From: an uncultured bacterium | GTDB taxonomy: Bacteria; Chloroflexota; UBA5177; JANWHV01 | Reading direction: 5' to 3' | Assembly (NCBI GenBank): GCA_963827235.1 | Contig: CAWHAE010000009.1 | Coordinates: forward strand, 320,001-384,000 | DNA: 64,000 bases | In this document: in pieces, positions 37,600-47,885 of the stretch | How the letters are laid out: every line of letters starts with the position of its first letter | Position numbering within the stretch: the first letter of the stretch is position 1 | The notes under the pieces: generated by a model | The model's database searches: none | What the model saw: only the letters and a program-made list of their open reading frames with translations | What the model was told of the DNA's origin: nothing | Translations under genes and position numbers: made by a program

Positions 37600-38784
37600 A
37601 TGAGCACGCCGGTACCGATCCGCTTGCGGTCAGCCGCGGCGCCCGCGGCGCGCGGGCTGGTCGGGCGCCTCACGTTCACCGGACTGCTGCTCAGCGCGCT
37701 GGCCGCGCTCGCCGTCCTGGTCGCCTTCAGCCGGCGCTCCGGCGGCTACGGCGTGGACTGGCTGACCTTCTTCAGCGCGGCGGAGCGCTGGCGCGACGGC
37801 GGTAAGGTCTACACGGTCGCTGCCGGGTTCTTCAACCCGCCGCCTACCTTGCTGCCGCTTCGCCTGGCCATCGCGCTTCCCTACGACGTGTCGTGCGTCC
37901 TCTGGGGTATCCTCTCCCAGATCATGCTGCTGGCATCCGCCGTCGTCACGGCCCGGGCGTTTGATTGGACGCCGAGCCTGAAGGAGCAGGTACTGGGCGC
38001 CTGGTGGATCCTCGCCTCCGCCCCGGCTCTGCTTCTGGTACCGGTCACCGGCAACCTGTCCGCCCCCGTGCTCCTCTCCCTCGCCTGCGCGCTCGCCCTA
38101 TTCCGGCACGACCACGAAGTACTGGCAGGCGCCGTGCTGGCCGGCACGCTCGTCAAGCCGCAGCTCGCCATGCTCGCCGTGCTGCTCTTGCTCTACAAAC
38201 GGCGCCGGCGGGCGGTCGCCGGTCTCGCCCTGGCCGTCGCCGGTGCCGGTGCCGTCACGCTGCCGTTCACCGGACTGAAAGTGTTCGCCGACTACGCCGG
38301 GGTGCAGCGTTCCGTTGCCGGCTGGTCCAGCAACAACGATGCCCTGCAGCTCGACGTGCCGGGCATCCACGGCATGCTGCTGCAGCGCTGGCCCCACGTG
38401 CCCGCGGCGGAATGGGCGGCGGACGCCGCCATGCTGCTCGTCGTACTGGCACTCGCCCTCTACTGGCGCGGCCCGTGGCTGCCACGAAGCAGACGCTTCG
38501 CTATCGGCTGGGCTCAAGTGATCCTGGCGACCTTACTGGTCACCAGCTTCGCCCACAGCTACGACCTGGTCCTGCTCATCGTGCCTGCCGTCGCCCTCTA
38601 TGCCACCCACCTGCGGCCCGGGCGTGCCGGCGGCGAGCTGCGGCGGTGGCTGCTTCCCGTCCTGGTCGCCGTCTACGTCGCCCCTTATCTGGTACTGCTC
38701 TACAGGCACCACTTCCTCGTGCCCGTCATGCTGGCTGCCTTCGCCCTGCTCTGGCGCGTGGCGGCAGCCGCCGAGGACGGATAG
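37600..38784 (+). CDS. GT87/DUF2029 family membrane glycosyltransferase
   Basis: DWLTF, FNPPP, GNLS, VKPQL, HSYDL, about ten TM segments; GGAGG RBS. Confidence 0.85.
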   Translation: MSTPVPIRLRSAAAPAARGLVGRLTFTGLLLSALAALAVLVAFSRRSGGYGVDWLTFFSAAERWRDGGKVYTVAAGFFNPPPTLLPLRLAIALPYDVSCVLWGILSQIMLLASAVVTARAFDWTPSLKEQVLGAWWILASAPALLLVPVTGNLSAPVLLSLACALALFRHDHEVLAGAVLAGTLVKPQLAMLAVLLLLYKRRRRAVAGLALAVAGAGAVTLPFTGLKVFADYAGVQRSVAGWSSNNDALQLDVPGIHGMLLQRWPHVPAAEWAADAAMLLVVLALALYWRGPWLPRSRRFAIGWAQVILATLLVTSFAHSYDLVLLIVPAVALYATHLRPGRAGGELRRWLLPVLVAVYVAPYLVLLYRHHFLVPVMLAAFALLWRVAAAAEDG

Positions 38785-38937
38785 ACGCAGGCTACGTCTT
38801 GGCCGCAACGGTGGTAGGTGCATCCACGGCGCCCACGATGCCCAAGCGCTGAGCCTGTTTCCCGCTTATCTGAACCGCTGTGGCCGGGAGGCCTGACCGG
38901 CATTGCAGCGCTGCATGGAGTAATGGGTCACTGCACC

Positions 38938-39558
38938 CTACCGCGAGCGCCAGTCCAGCCGCGACGTAACCAGGTAGCTGCTGCCTGCGGCAAATATGAT
39001 CATGACCATGATGTCAATCAGGTGATTGGAGCTCAGCTGCCCCTGCAGAGCCCGGCGAGGCGCGTCGGCCGCATGGGTCGGCGGCAGTACGGTGCCGGTG
39101 ACGCGCAGCACACCCGGCAGCGCGGAAGCTGGCACGAGAACCGGCGAGAGGAACATCACCACGACCAGTGCCAGGTTGGTGATCACTCCTGCTACCTGTT
39201 GATTCGGCGACAGCACGCCGATCATGGCGCCGACTCCGCTCAAGGTCAGCGGCGCAAGCAGCAGCACCAGCACGGCCAACACGTTGGGGCTGAAAGTGAC
39301 ATGGAATATGAGCGCGCCCAGGATGGGCAGCAGTATCATCCCGGGAATCGCGCAGCAACAATGTGCCGGAGTCCGGTCGCAGGATACCCGTGAGCTGCCC
39401 GACCAGCGTCGTCTTGCCGGCCCCGTTGGGACCCAACAGGCCAAAGACCTCCCGGCCGCGATCTCGAAGGTTGGTCCGTCGTTCGCGCGCACTTTGCCGA
39501 GCTTGTAGGTCTTCACCAGGTCGCGCAGGACGTAAACATGGGTAGAAGCAGTGCTCAT
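38938..39558 (-). pseudogene. Deletion fusion of an ABC ATPase 5' end with an ABC-2 permease 3' end
   Basis: LVKTY..VRANDG, Walker A GPNGAGKTT in a shifted frame, abrupt switch near 39350 to permease FLSPVLVP..LPPTHAADA. Confidence 0.8.
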
Positions 39559-39659
39559 TCCGCGGTGCAGTGCACACCAGCGCCATCTGGTCGCAACCGG
39601 AGGTTCCGGCTCTCACCGCCCGATGCGCCGCCCAGGCCCAGGCCAAGTTGCAACCCGCG

Positions 39660-39708
39660 CCGGGATCGCAGCCCACCCTCTGCTCACATGCGATCGCGAT
39701 CGCAGGCC
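39660..39708 (+). repeat. Dispersed double-hairpin intergenic repeat, copy
   Basis: ccGGGatcgcagCCCaccctctgctcacaTGCGATcgcgATCGCAgg. Confidence 0.65.
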
Positions 39709-39727
39709 ACCACCCCCTCTGGAGGGG

Positions 39728-41077
39728 CTACGTGTTGAACACCACGTAGTGGAAGACCCGCTTTGACTGCGCCGTGCCGGACGGCGTGGCGGCTTTGATG
39801 GTGAGCGTGGCCAGGCCCGGCGTGTACGGCGTCACCTTGATCTTGATGTTCAACGAGACGGATCCCGCCGCTCCCATCGTCTTGTCGGTGCTCGAAGTGA
39901 AGACGGTGGTCGTGCCGCCGTTGCTGCCGGCTGCCGTGATCACCAGGTCCACGTGCACTTTCGTACCCGGGCGGCCCTTGGCAAAGATGGCCACCACGTT
40001 GCGATCGAACTCGGGGCGCACGATGCTGACCAGGGCGCCGATCTTCGGCGTGGGCGTGGCCGTCACGGTCGGCGTCCTCGTGCGCGTCGCGGTCGAGGTG
40101 GGCGGCGCCGGTGTAAAGGTGGCGGTGGGAGTCTGCGTGCTGGTAGCGCTGGCCGGCACAGGAGTGCTGCTGGCCGTCGCCGTGGCCCCGATCGTGGGTG
40201 TGCCGGTAGCGGTCGCGCTGGGTGTGGCGGAGAGGGCCGCCGTGGCCGTTGCGGTCGCCTGCGCGGTCACCTGGAACGAGGCGGTGAGGTCCTCTAGTGC
40301 CCCGCCCAAGGCGCTCTGGATGATCAGCTCGAAGGTGTGCGTACCCAGTGCAGTGGCTGCCGGGATCGTATAGGAGTATGACGAACCCGTGTTGCAGCTC
40401 ACGCCGAAGCCGTTTCCGCCGCTGCTCGTGCACGGCGCCAGCGTAGGCGCCGGCGAGATTGCCGTCTTGTCGAACGTCAGGCTGAGCGAGGTACCGCCGG
40501 TGAGCAGGGCGAGCGAGGGGATGTTGATCGCGCTCAGCGATACCGCGCTTGCCGCCGGGCCGGAAGTAGGATTGGCGATCAGCGAGGCCGGGCTGAGCAC
40601 GGTGAACGTGGCCGTGAGGTCCAGAGGACTGACGCCGGGTATCGTGCTCGTGAGCTCAAAGGTATGGCTTCCGGGTGCCGTGCCGGCCGGAATGACGTAG
40701 CTATAGGCCGAATTTGCGCTGCACTGGCTGCCGAAGCCGATGAAGTTGGTGCTTGTGCAGCCGGTGAACGTGGGAGTGGGCGAGATCGCCGTCTTGTCGA
40801 AGGTCAGGCTGATCGTGCCTTGATTATAGATTCCCTGGATGTTGACGGCGCTCAGCGAGACGGTGCTGCCCGCCGTTCCGGAGGTGGGCGATACGGTCAT
40901 GGTCGGCGAAACCGCCGCCACCGCCACGCCGGTCCGCTGGCGCGCGGTCCACAGGGCCTGCGAGGAAACCAGGAGCGCGAGCACCGCGACAATCGCCACG
41001 TATCGCGGTCCTCTGCCGGACGGGCCGTGCAGGCGCCGGCGGTGAGTCGACAGTTCGGGGATCCGCTGGTCATTCAT
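39728..41077 (-). CDS. Secreted surface protein: two tandem Ig-like repeats, Thr/Pro/Ala linker, C-terminal beta domain
   Basis: Signal peptide; repeat PTSG..VSLSA.NI..SLTFDKTAISP.PT..C..GFG..C..YSY.IPA..G.HTFEL twice; TATATP linker; GAGGAGG RBS. Confidence 0.82.
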   Translation of the reverse strand: MNDQRIPELSTHRRRLHGPSGRGPRYVAIVAVLALLVSSQALWTARQRTGVAVAAVSPTMTVSPTSGTAGSTVSLSAVNIQGIYNQGTISLTFDKTAISPTPTFTGCTSTNFIGFGSQCSANSAYSYVIPAGTAPGSHTFELTSTIPGVSPLDLTATFTVLSPASLIANPTSGPAASAVSLSAINIPSLALLTGGTSLSLTFDKTAISPAPTLAPCTSSGGNGFGVSCNTGSSYSYTIPAATALGTHTFELIIQSALGGALEDLTASFQVTAQATATATAALSATPSATATGTPTIGATATASSTPVPASATSTQTPTATFTPAPPTSTATRTRTPTVTATPTPKIGALVSIVRPEFDRNVVAIFAKGRPGTKVHVDLVITAAGSNGGTTTVFTSSTDKTMGAAGSVSLNIKIKVTPYTPGLATLTIKAATPSGTAQSKRVFHYVVFNT

Positions 41078-41429
41078 CCTGCCCCTCCTCGATCGGACCT
41101 TGTCTACACGATCGCCCGCCGGGTGGAGAGCCGCGCTCTCCGCCGGTAAGCGGCGGCCACTGCTACCCCTATCCTAGGCTATGCTCGCGCGAGTGTGAAC
41201 CCTGCAGGACACGATGTCACTGCCAGTGTGCCACAAGATGGTTCCCTACGCTATCGCCCCCGTCCACCAGGGCGAGCCTGGATAGTGATCCTGCCTGTTG
41301 GCGAAATCCAAAGGGCCCCACACCCGGGACCGCGGACATCTCGTGCGCCCTCGTGAGCCAGGTGGACGGGTCGAGCCACGGTGCCGCCCAGCCACGGGAC
41401 CATAGCCTCGGGCAGTACGGACGCCCATC

Positions 41430-42911
41430 TCATGACGCCTTCAGACGCACCACGGCCACGGACCAGGGCGGTATGGAGATCCGCGATCCGCTAAGACGTG
41501 CATGCCGTACGGCGCCGGCGCCGTCCGCCCGGCTGGAGTCCGGCGCGATCCACCACATCTCGGCGGCACTGCCCGATCCCGCCTGCAGGTCGACGCTCTG
41601 CGCCTTCTTGCCGTCCAGGTTTACCAGCAGGAGGCGCCTCTCGCCCGTGTCCGTCGTGGCGCCCGCGGCAAGAACGCCGGCCTTCGTGGCCCCGCTGCCG
41701 AGTTGGACCGCCACGGGATGCGTGCCGAAGTAGCGCCCGAGCAGTGTGTAGACGTCGATTGCCGAGCGTGGCGCGGAGGTTGCTATGTCGAACGGCTCCT
41801 GCGCCGGGCCGAACATGGGCGCCTCGACGGCCATGGCGATCGGATTGTCGCCGCCGGCGTCATCCCACACACGGGCCAGCAGGGCGGCGGTGAACAGGGC
41901 CTGCGCGTATCCGCCGTAGACGCTCGGCTCGTTCAGCCCTGTATTCGCGTCGATAGACCAGCGCCCGATGAAGATCTTGATCGAGCTCGACTGGTCGAAT
42001 TGCTGCAGACCTTCACGCAGGCTCTCGAGCCAGGCGTCCACGCCGGGCCGGTCGCCATAGCCGTTCTCCACGGCCTGCACGATGTCCTGCACGCCCAGCG
42101 TGTGGCTTCCGGACGAGTAGATCAGCGGCGCGTAGTGCGTGTCGACGCCGCCGTGGGCCAGGGCATCGATCCAGCTCTCGTCGGTGGCGCCGGTAATGAA
42201 CTCGTCGGCCACGATCTTGATTGGATGCTGCCGGTAGTACGGCGCCGCCAGCACCATCGCCGCCTTGTACGACGTGACGAGCGCCGCATACTGGTCCGGA
42301 GTAGCCATGGAGGAGTCGCTCGGCTGGCGCTGTTTGAGCGGAATGGCAAAGTGCGACCAGGTCGCCGGAGAATCGCCGATCTCCCAATAAGGGTCCGGGC
42401 AATCCTGGTCCGGCGCGTGCGCGCAGTGCTGCCAGTAGAAGGCGACCAGCTGCGCGGCCTGCTGTGGATCGTCGATCTCGCCGTTCACCGCGATCAGCGG
42501 CTGCGCCCCGACCTGACCGGCAAAGGCCATGAACTGGTCCAGCGGGCTGCCGTGTCCGGCCCGGTTATAGCAGTCGGGCCGCGTCCCCGTGGAGCCGTAC
42601 ACGCAGCCCTGCTGCCAGTCGTAGTCGTCGGCATGCGTGTCGAGAAAACGGAGTACCTGGAGGCGCGCCGCGCGTATCGGCCCCGCCAGGGAATTGCTGG
42701 GAATGTCGCCCAGGCCGATGCCCAGTCCCAGGGCCATCGTGCCCGAGATGCCGGAGGTTAGCTCGAGCACCAGGGCACGGGCTGGAAGCGCGGGAGGCTG
42801 TGCCGGCTGTCCGGAAAACAGCGTCACGCCAAAGATCGAGGCCAGGAACAGGCCGGCCAGCGCGACCAGCGCCGCGGATACCGCGAAAGCAACAACCTGT
42901 TGCCGCCGCAT
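41430..42911 (-). CDS. Secreted or anchored clan GH-A-like (GH44/51/79-type) protein with degenerate catalytic motifs
   Basis: LRF..ADDYDW, DQFMAFAGQVGAQPLIAVN, YWEIGDS, C-terminal LLLVNLD..IPPWSVAVV beta domain. Confidence 0.7.
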   Translation of the reverse strand: MRRQQVVAFAVSAALVALAGLFLASIFGVTLFSGQPAQPPALPARALVLELTSGISGTMALGLGIGLGDIPSNSLAGPIRAARLQVLRFLDTHADDYDWQQGCVYGSTGTRPDCYNRAGHGSPLDQFMAFAGQVGAQPLIAVNGEIDDPQQAAQLVAFYWQHCAHAPDQDCPDPYWEIGDSPATWSHFAIPLKQRQPSDSSMATPDQYAALVTSYKAAMVLAAPYYRQHPIKIVADEFITGATDESWIDALAHGGVDTHYAPLIYSSGSHTLGVQDIVQAVENGYGDRPGVDAWLESLREGLQQFDQSSSIKIFIGRWSIDANTGLNEPSVYGGYAQALFTAALLARVWDDAGGDNPIAMAVEAPMFGPAQEPFDIATSAPRSAIDVYTLLGRYFGTHPVAVQLGSGATKAGVLAAGATTDTGERRLLLVNLDGKKAQSVDLQAGSGSAAEMWWIAPDSSRADGAGAVRHARLSGSRISIPPWSVAVVRLKAS

Positions 42912-43726
42912 CAGCGCCCGGTTAGGTCGAGGGTGAGCGAGACCTGAGGCCCCGTGTAGCCGTCCAGGCTGAGCTGCGCCAGCACCGTCAGCGAGGTGTT
43001 CTGATCGCTGGCCTTCGGCTGGTAAACCACTGGAAGCTGGCAGCGATACATGCCGTTTGCATTGGTCAGCGAGGTCGAGGTCAGGTCATTGCGGTAGCAG
43101 CTTATCGACGTGCTGTCCGGATAGACCAGCTTCGCCGTGACCTGGGCGCCCGGATCGCTGCTGATCTGGATGACCAGCACGGCGCCGTTGCGGATAGAGC
43201 AGGCAGCCTGGTCATCCGGGCACCAGGTCGTCATGTAGCGCGGGCGGGCGCGCAGCACGGTAGAGGCAAGCGGTGCCGTTTCCGCGATGGTCACGCTCCC
43301 GCTCACCATGTCGGGGTGACCCTTGTTGAGCACGGTGACGGTGAGCTGCGCCTGCGCGTAGCTGGTCACCGGGTTGTAGTGAATGGGCAGATTGGCCCGC
43401 GCGATACCCCTGGCGTTTGCCGTCACGGTGAGCACTCCTGATGGCGGGGCGGTCGTACCATCCGGGAACCTGAGCTGCACCTGGACCGCGGCGTATTTAC
43501 GCGTGCCAATCACGAGGTGCAGCGTGTCGCCGGACTGGATGGTGGAGCTGCATACGAGCACGTCGGTGCTGTCGCTGCTGTAGTGCACCGCGTGATCCGA
43601 CGTAGCACACGCGGGAACGGGAACGGTGTCGAGCGCCAGGCGAGCATGCGTATTGGCAGGGGTCAGCCCGACGCTGGACCACAGGAGTATCACGGTGGAC
43701 ACGAGAGCGGCGATGCGACGGGCCAT
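42911..43726 (-). CDS. Secreted hypothetical protein with two Cys-containing Ig-like repeats
   Basis: Signal peptide; duplicated I..G..L....V...L.(F/Y)PD.T...(A/N)A.G....LP..Y.P; TGATG overlap with the next gene; start could be 43735. Confidence 0.75.
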   Translation of the reverse strand: MARRIAALVSTVILLWSSVGLTPANTHARLALDTVPVPACATSDHAVHYSSDSTDVLVCSSTIQSGDTLHLVIGTRKYAAVQVQLRFPDGTTAPPSGVLTVTANARGIARANLPIHYNPVTSYAQAQLTVTVLNKGHPDMVSGSVTIAETAPLASTVLRARPRYMTTWCPDDQAACSIRNGAVLVIQISSDPGAQVTAKLVYPDSTSISCYRNDLTSTSLTNANGMYRCQLPVVYQPKASDQNTSLTVLAQLSLDGYTGPQVSLTLDLTGR

Positions 43727-43910
43727 GGCGTGCACGCATTTCTTCCGGCTTCGGACCGGTCGTTGGGTCGACTATGATGGAATGTAGGTTCCCCTACGCT
43801 ATATAGTATGCAGCGCGCATTGCTGCGTTATTGCATATATGTAAACGTTGTGTAAAGGCTGCGCGAAACCGGGCAGATGCATGTCGCCGGACCGCCCGGA
43901 CGGTCCGGCA

Positions 43911-44846
43911 TCAGATTGGCCCCACCGCCGCGCGGGCGGCCCGCAGCCACTCTTCGGGGCAGTCGTCGGGCACCGAGCAGCCGGGAGCCACGATCAGCCG
44001 CCTGCCATCGCTCTGCGCCAGTGCATCCTGCATCTCCTTCCTGATCGCCTCGGCCGGGCCCGTGGTGATGGCACCGCGCTCGTGCAGACCGGCCATCAGC
44101 GTCATGTTCGGCAGCGCCTCGCGCATGCGACGCAACGAGACGCCCGTGTAGCGATCGCTCCAGCTCCACACCGATACCGGATAGCGCAGAAGCTCGCTGA
44201 ACAGCAAGTCGTACTCGCCATGCGCGTGCAACACGTTCAGCCAGCCCTCGCGCCAGGCGCTCAGCAGCAGCATGTCGTAGGGGCGGCCGAACTCCGCGAA
44301 CTGTGCCGGCGTGAACAGGCCGTTCCCCATGCCTTGAACGGAGAGAAAGATGCCGTCCGCGCCGGCATCCAGCAGCGCGCGCCCGAGACGCGCCAGGTTG
44401 TCCGCGATCACCGCCAGGGCACCGTGCAGCGTGGCAGGTTCCTCGGCGATGTGGGCGCGCACGCGATCGATGCCGGCGAAGGAGACCGCCTCGGTGAGCG
44501 GCGAGAAGAGTGTGCTGATCACCGGCACGTCCGGCCCCACCGCGGCGCGCACCCGGCGCACGGTTTCCACCTGCCGGCCGAAGTTGCCCGCGTCCACGGG
44601 CAACGGCGTCAGCAGATGCCACTGGTCGGCCGACTGGATGGCGTCGCGCGGAAACGGATAGGGAAGGTCGGGCATCACCTTGAAGATGTCCAGATCGAAG
44701 CGGCCGAAGAAGTCGAGCGTCGCCTCGGCCAGAGCCCGTGCCGAGCCGCGAGGCCGGAAGTGGTGCCAGAACGCGATCGGCGGCCTGTCAAGCTCCTCGC
44801 CGCCGATCGCGGCCAACACACGCTCACGTTTCGTCATTCCGCTCAT
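43911..44846 (-). CDS. Uroporphyrinogen decarboxylase (URO-D/CIMS) family protein
   Basis: MTKRERVLAAIGGEELDRPP, FSPLT, GADGIF, LHAHG, IVAPGC; AAGGAG RBS. Confidence 0.88.
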   Translation of the reverse strand: MSGMTKRERVLAAIGGEELDRPPIAFWHHFRPRGSARALAEATLDFFGRFDLDIFKVMPDLPYPFPRDAIQSADQWHLLTPLPVDAGNFGRQVETVRRVRAAVGPDVPVISTLFSPLTEAVSFAGIDRVRAHIAEEPATLHGALAVIADNLARLGRALLDAGADGIFLSVQGMGNGLFTPAQFAEFGRPYDMLLLSAWREGWLNVLHAHGEYDLLFSELLRYPVSVWSWSDRYTGVSLRRMREALPNMTLMAGLHERGAITTGPAEAIRKEMQDALAQSDGRRLIVAPGCSVPDDCPEEWLRAARAAVGPI

Positions 44847-45105
44847 GCCACTCGCTCCTTCACATTCATATGGATGTCGTCGTGGCCAGCTCCCACGTCA
44901 CTCGCCACTCGCCGAAAGAGCGCGGTGCCCGGGCGGCAGCGCGGGTCGAGGAAACGAACGGCCGGCACCTCTTATGTTACATGCCTGGTGCTCCGGCGCG
45001 CATGCGCCGTGCCCGCTTGCACCACCCTGTCCATCGGAGGATGATGGTGATCGGTGGTACGGCACCGGCACGCCCGCGGCCGTACGGGCACGGAGAGGAG
45101 GCACG

Positions 45106-45594
45106 ATGATCGGCGACGACGTGGTGAGAGCCCAGGTTCTCGAGCTTCTACGCGGCGGCAGCGCCTACATGACCCTCGACGAGGCCGTGGCCGACTACCC
45201 CATGGCGAGCATCAATACGAGCATTCCCAACGGCACGTACAGTCCATGGCACCTGCTGGAGCACATGCGGCTCGCACAGGAGGATATTCTCGAGTTCATG
45301 ACGAGCTCGGGCTACGTCGAACGGCGCTGGCCCCAGGACTACTGGCCGGCCGCGGACGCGACCGCTACCGCGGAACAGTGGCAGCAGACGATCGACCGCA
45401 TCCGGGCCGATCGGGCCAGGATCGAGCAGATGGCTGTCGATCCCGCCGTGGATCTCGCCCAACGCATACCCTGGGGCACCGGGCAGACGATGCTGCGCGA
45501 GTTTCTCCTGGTGGCAGACCACAACGCCTATCACGTGGGTGAGTTCGGCCTCCTGCGGCAGGTGATGGGCACCTGGCCGCCTGGCCACGTCTAG
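45106..45594 (+). CDS. DinB family protein
   Basis: WHLLEHMRLAQEDIL, WPQDYW, DHNAYHVG; GAGGAGG RBS. Confidence 0.88.
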   Translation: MIGDDVVRAQVLELLRGGSAYMTLDEAVADYPMASINTSIPNGTYSPWHLLEHMRLAQEDILEFMTSSGYVERRWPQDYWPAADATATAEQWQQTIDRIRADRARIEQMAVDPAVDLAQRIPWGTGQTMLREFLLVADHNAYHVGEFGLLRQVMGTWPPGHV

Positions 45595-45774
45595 CGCGGC
45601 GTCACGCCTCGCCACCGCCGCCATCGCAGCCCGCGCACCCGGCGCCGCGCAGGCCGGTGATCGGCCTGCGTGTCCCGGACGTACTAGCTCACGGCACAGA
45701 TGGCCGTTGCGCCGGTGCGTACCCGAGAGACGGTCGCCGGCCGGCACGGCGCAAAGGAAGGGTACGGCGGCAGC

Positions 45775-46404
45775 ATGGAACACGCATCGCTCTATGGGTT
45801 TGATCCGCGACAGACGGCTCTCCGCGAAACGCAGCTCTGGGAAGCCTACTACGACCGGCATTGGATGCTCGCCATGCGTCGCCTGGTACAGCTTCTGCGC
45901 TCGCAGTTTGGCCTGGGACTCGCTCAGGCCATGCGCGCCGCCTTCTGGGGCACGCTGGCCGGAATCGCCTGGAAGCCGCGCCGGCACGACGTGGCGCGCG
46001 TCAAGTGGCTGATCAAGCGTTTCTACCGGGTACTGCGCGCGGCGACCGCTGCTCGCTTCAGTCTCGGCGCCGCGGCCGAGGCCGAGCTCCGCTACTGGTC
46101 GGTGCACCGCGCGCTCTCCGGTCTGGTGGGATCGCCCGAGCTGGTGGACGCCCTCGCCGCCATCTCGACGGCCGTCTACGGGTTGGCGCCGGAGCGGGTG
46201 CGGCCTGCCGCCGAAGCGCGAGCCCGCGCCTGCGACCTGGTGGACGAGATCACCGCCGGCCTCCGGGAGCCGGCGCTCGAAGCCTGGAGCGCCGTCACGG
46301 AGGCCCTGTGCGAGGCCTACACACGCCTGAAGGAGGAGCTCCCGGAGGCGGGCAGAATCGGCGCCGGCGGCAGGGGGCAACGGAAGGTCATGCAGTCCTT
46401 CTGA
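45775..46404 (+). CDS. Hypothetical helical protein
   Basis: Coding-like codon use; FDP..ETQLWEAYYDRHW, AELRYWSVHR; function not recognised. Confidence 0.7.
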   Translation: MEHASLYGFDPRQTALRETQLWEAYYDRHWMLAMRRLVQLLRSQFGLGLAQAMRAAFWGTLAGIAWKPRRHDVARVKWLIKRFYRVLRAATAARFSLGAAAEAELRYWSVHRALSGLVGSPELVDALAAISTAVYGLAPERVRPAAEARARACDLVDEITAGLREPALEAWSAVTEALCEAYTRLKEELPEAGRIGAGGRGQRKVMQSF

Positions 46405-46500
46405 ACCGGCGAGCACCGTCTCGGCGCTATCCGGTCAACAGGCTGTGGGCGACCGGCGGGTGAGCGCCGCACCTCACGACATCCGGGCCCTCGACCGTCT

Positions 46501-46677
46501 CGATACTGGCGGCAGACGATCGACGGCCAGATTGCCGAGGCTTCGCGCGCCGGCGCCGGCGGCTTCGTCGTTTCCTGGTGGGGTAAGGGCAGCGTCGAGG
46601 ATGCCAACTTCGCCCTCATGCTCGAGCGCGTGGGCGCTTGGAATCGCCGCACTGGGGCTCGGAGCGCAGAGTGCTAG
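46501..46677 (+). pseudogene. Remnant of a GH99/GH71-like glycoside hydrolase
   Basis: Manual translation TIDGQIAEASRAGAGGFVVSWWGKGSVED matches QIxxAxxAGIDGFxVSWWG; no start codon. Confidence 0.55.
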
Positions 46678-46837
46678 AGCAGTTGGGTCGGCTAGCCTGC
46701 GCTGTCCGGCTGCCGCGGATAGCAGAGAGTCTCAACCTCTCTGCTTCACGGGCGCAACGAATCGCAGGCGTTCGACGTCGCTTCTCCCGAGAGGGGGATC
46801 AGCGGCGCATTCAGTGCGCCGCGGCTGAGCGCGCCGC

Positions 46838-47830
46838 TTATCGCCGCCTATCCCAGCGCAGCATGCGCGGATCGAACGCCTCACGCAGGCCGTCGCCGAC
46901 GAAGGAGAAGCAGAGCACCATGGCCGTGAGGGCAAGACCAGGGAAGAGCGACTCCGTCCAGCTTATGTTCAGCACCTGGATTGCGTTGCTGATCATCAGG
47001 CCGATGCTGGCGTTCGGCGGCTGCACGCCCAGGCCAAGCAGGCTGAGCGTCGCTTCGTTGACCACCTGCGATGCCATGTCCAGCGTGGTCACCGTCAGCA
47101 CCAGACCCAGCACGTTGGGCGCGATGTGTGCCAGGACAATGCGCACCGTGGAGGCGCCGCTGGCGCGAGCGGCTTCGATGTAGTCGCGCTCGCGCAGCGA
47201 AAGCACCTCGGCCCGCACGTAGCGCGCCATCAGCGGCCAGCTCACCAGGGCCAGGGCGCCGCTCACCAGGGCCAGGCGTCCAAGGCCGCCGCCGGCGTCG
47301 CTCACGCTCGGCCCGAAGACGCCGGCCACCAGGATGGCCAGCAGCAGGCCGGGAAAGGCGAAGAGAGCGTCGGCGATTCGCGAGAGGACAAAGTCGATGG
47401 CGCCCCCGTAGTAGCCCGCTGCCAGGCCTATCGGCACGCCAAGCAGCACGTCCAGCACTTCCACGCCCACGGCTACGCCCAGCGAGACCCGCAGCCCGCT
47501 CATCAGACGGGCCAGGATATCGATACCGTCCTTGTCGGTGCCGAGCAGGTGGTCCGCGCTCGGTGCCGCGTTGGGATCGAGGTTGAAGATATTGGCGGAG
47601 GTGGCGCTCTGCCCGTAGACCTGCGGGCCGATGATTGCCACCAGCACCAGCACGATCAGCGCGCACAGCGCGGCGAGCGACAGCCGGTTGGCGGCGAAGG
47701 CCGACGCCGTGCGCCGCCAGAGCGGCCGGTCGCCTCCAACGAGCCCGCCGGCCTCCGGCGCGTCGCTCCCCGGATCCGCGGCCCGGGAAGGCAACGTATC
47801 TGTCGCGTCTATCCGCGGGTGGCGCCGCAT
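46838..47830 (-). CDS. Peptide ABC transporter permease (OppC/DppC type)
   Basis: HLLGTDKDG, EAA loop YIEAARASGAS, HIAPN. Confidence 0.92.
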   Translation of the reverse strand: MRRHPRIDATDTLPSRAADPGSDAPEAGGLVGGDRPLWRRTASAFAANRLSLAALCALIVLVLVAIIGPQVYGQSATSANIFNLDPNAAPSADHLLGTDKDGIDILARLMSGLRVSLGVAVGVEVLDVLLGVPIGLAAGYYGGAIDFVLSRIADALFAFPGLLLAILVAGVFGPSVSDAGGGLGRLALVSGALALVSWPLMARYVRAEVLSLRERDYIEAARASGASTVRIVLAHIAPNVLGLVLTVTTLDMASQVVNEATLSLLGLGVQPPNASIGLMISNAIQVLNISWTESLFPGLALTAMVLCFSFVGDGLREAFDPRMLRWDRRR

Positions 47831-47885
47831 GAGCCCCTATCCGCCGATGCCGCGAGCAGCCTGAAGCCTGCCGTCACCGGGCACA

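Noticed and set aside
44850-45000. ZTP or other riboswitch upstream of the URO-D gene
   Set aside because: Only scattered short matches, in the wrong order; a covariance search would be needed.
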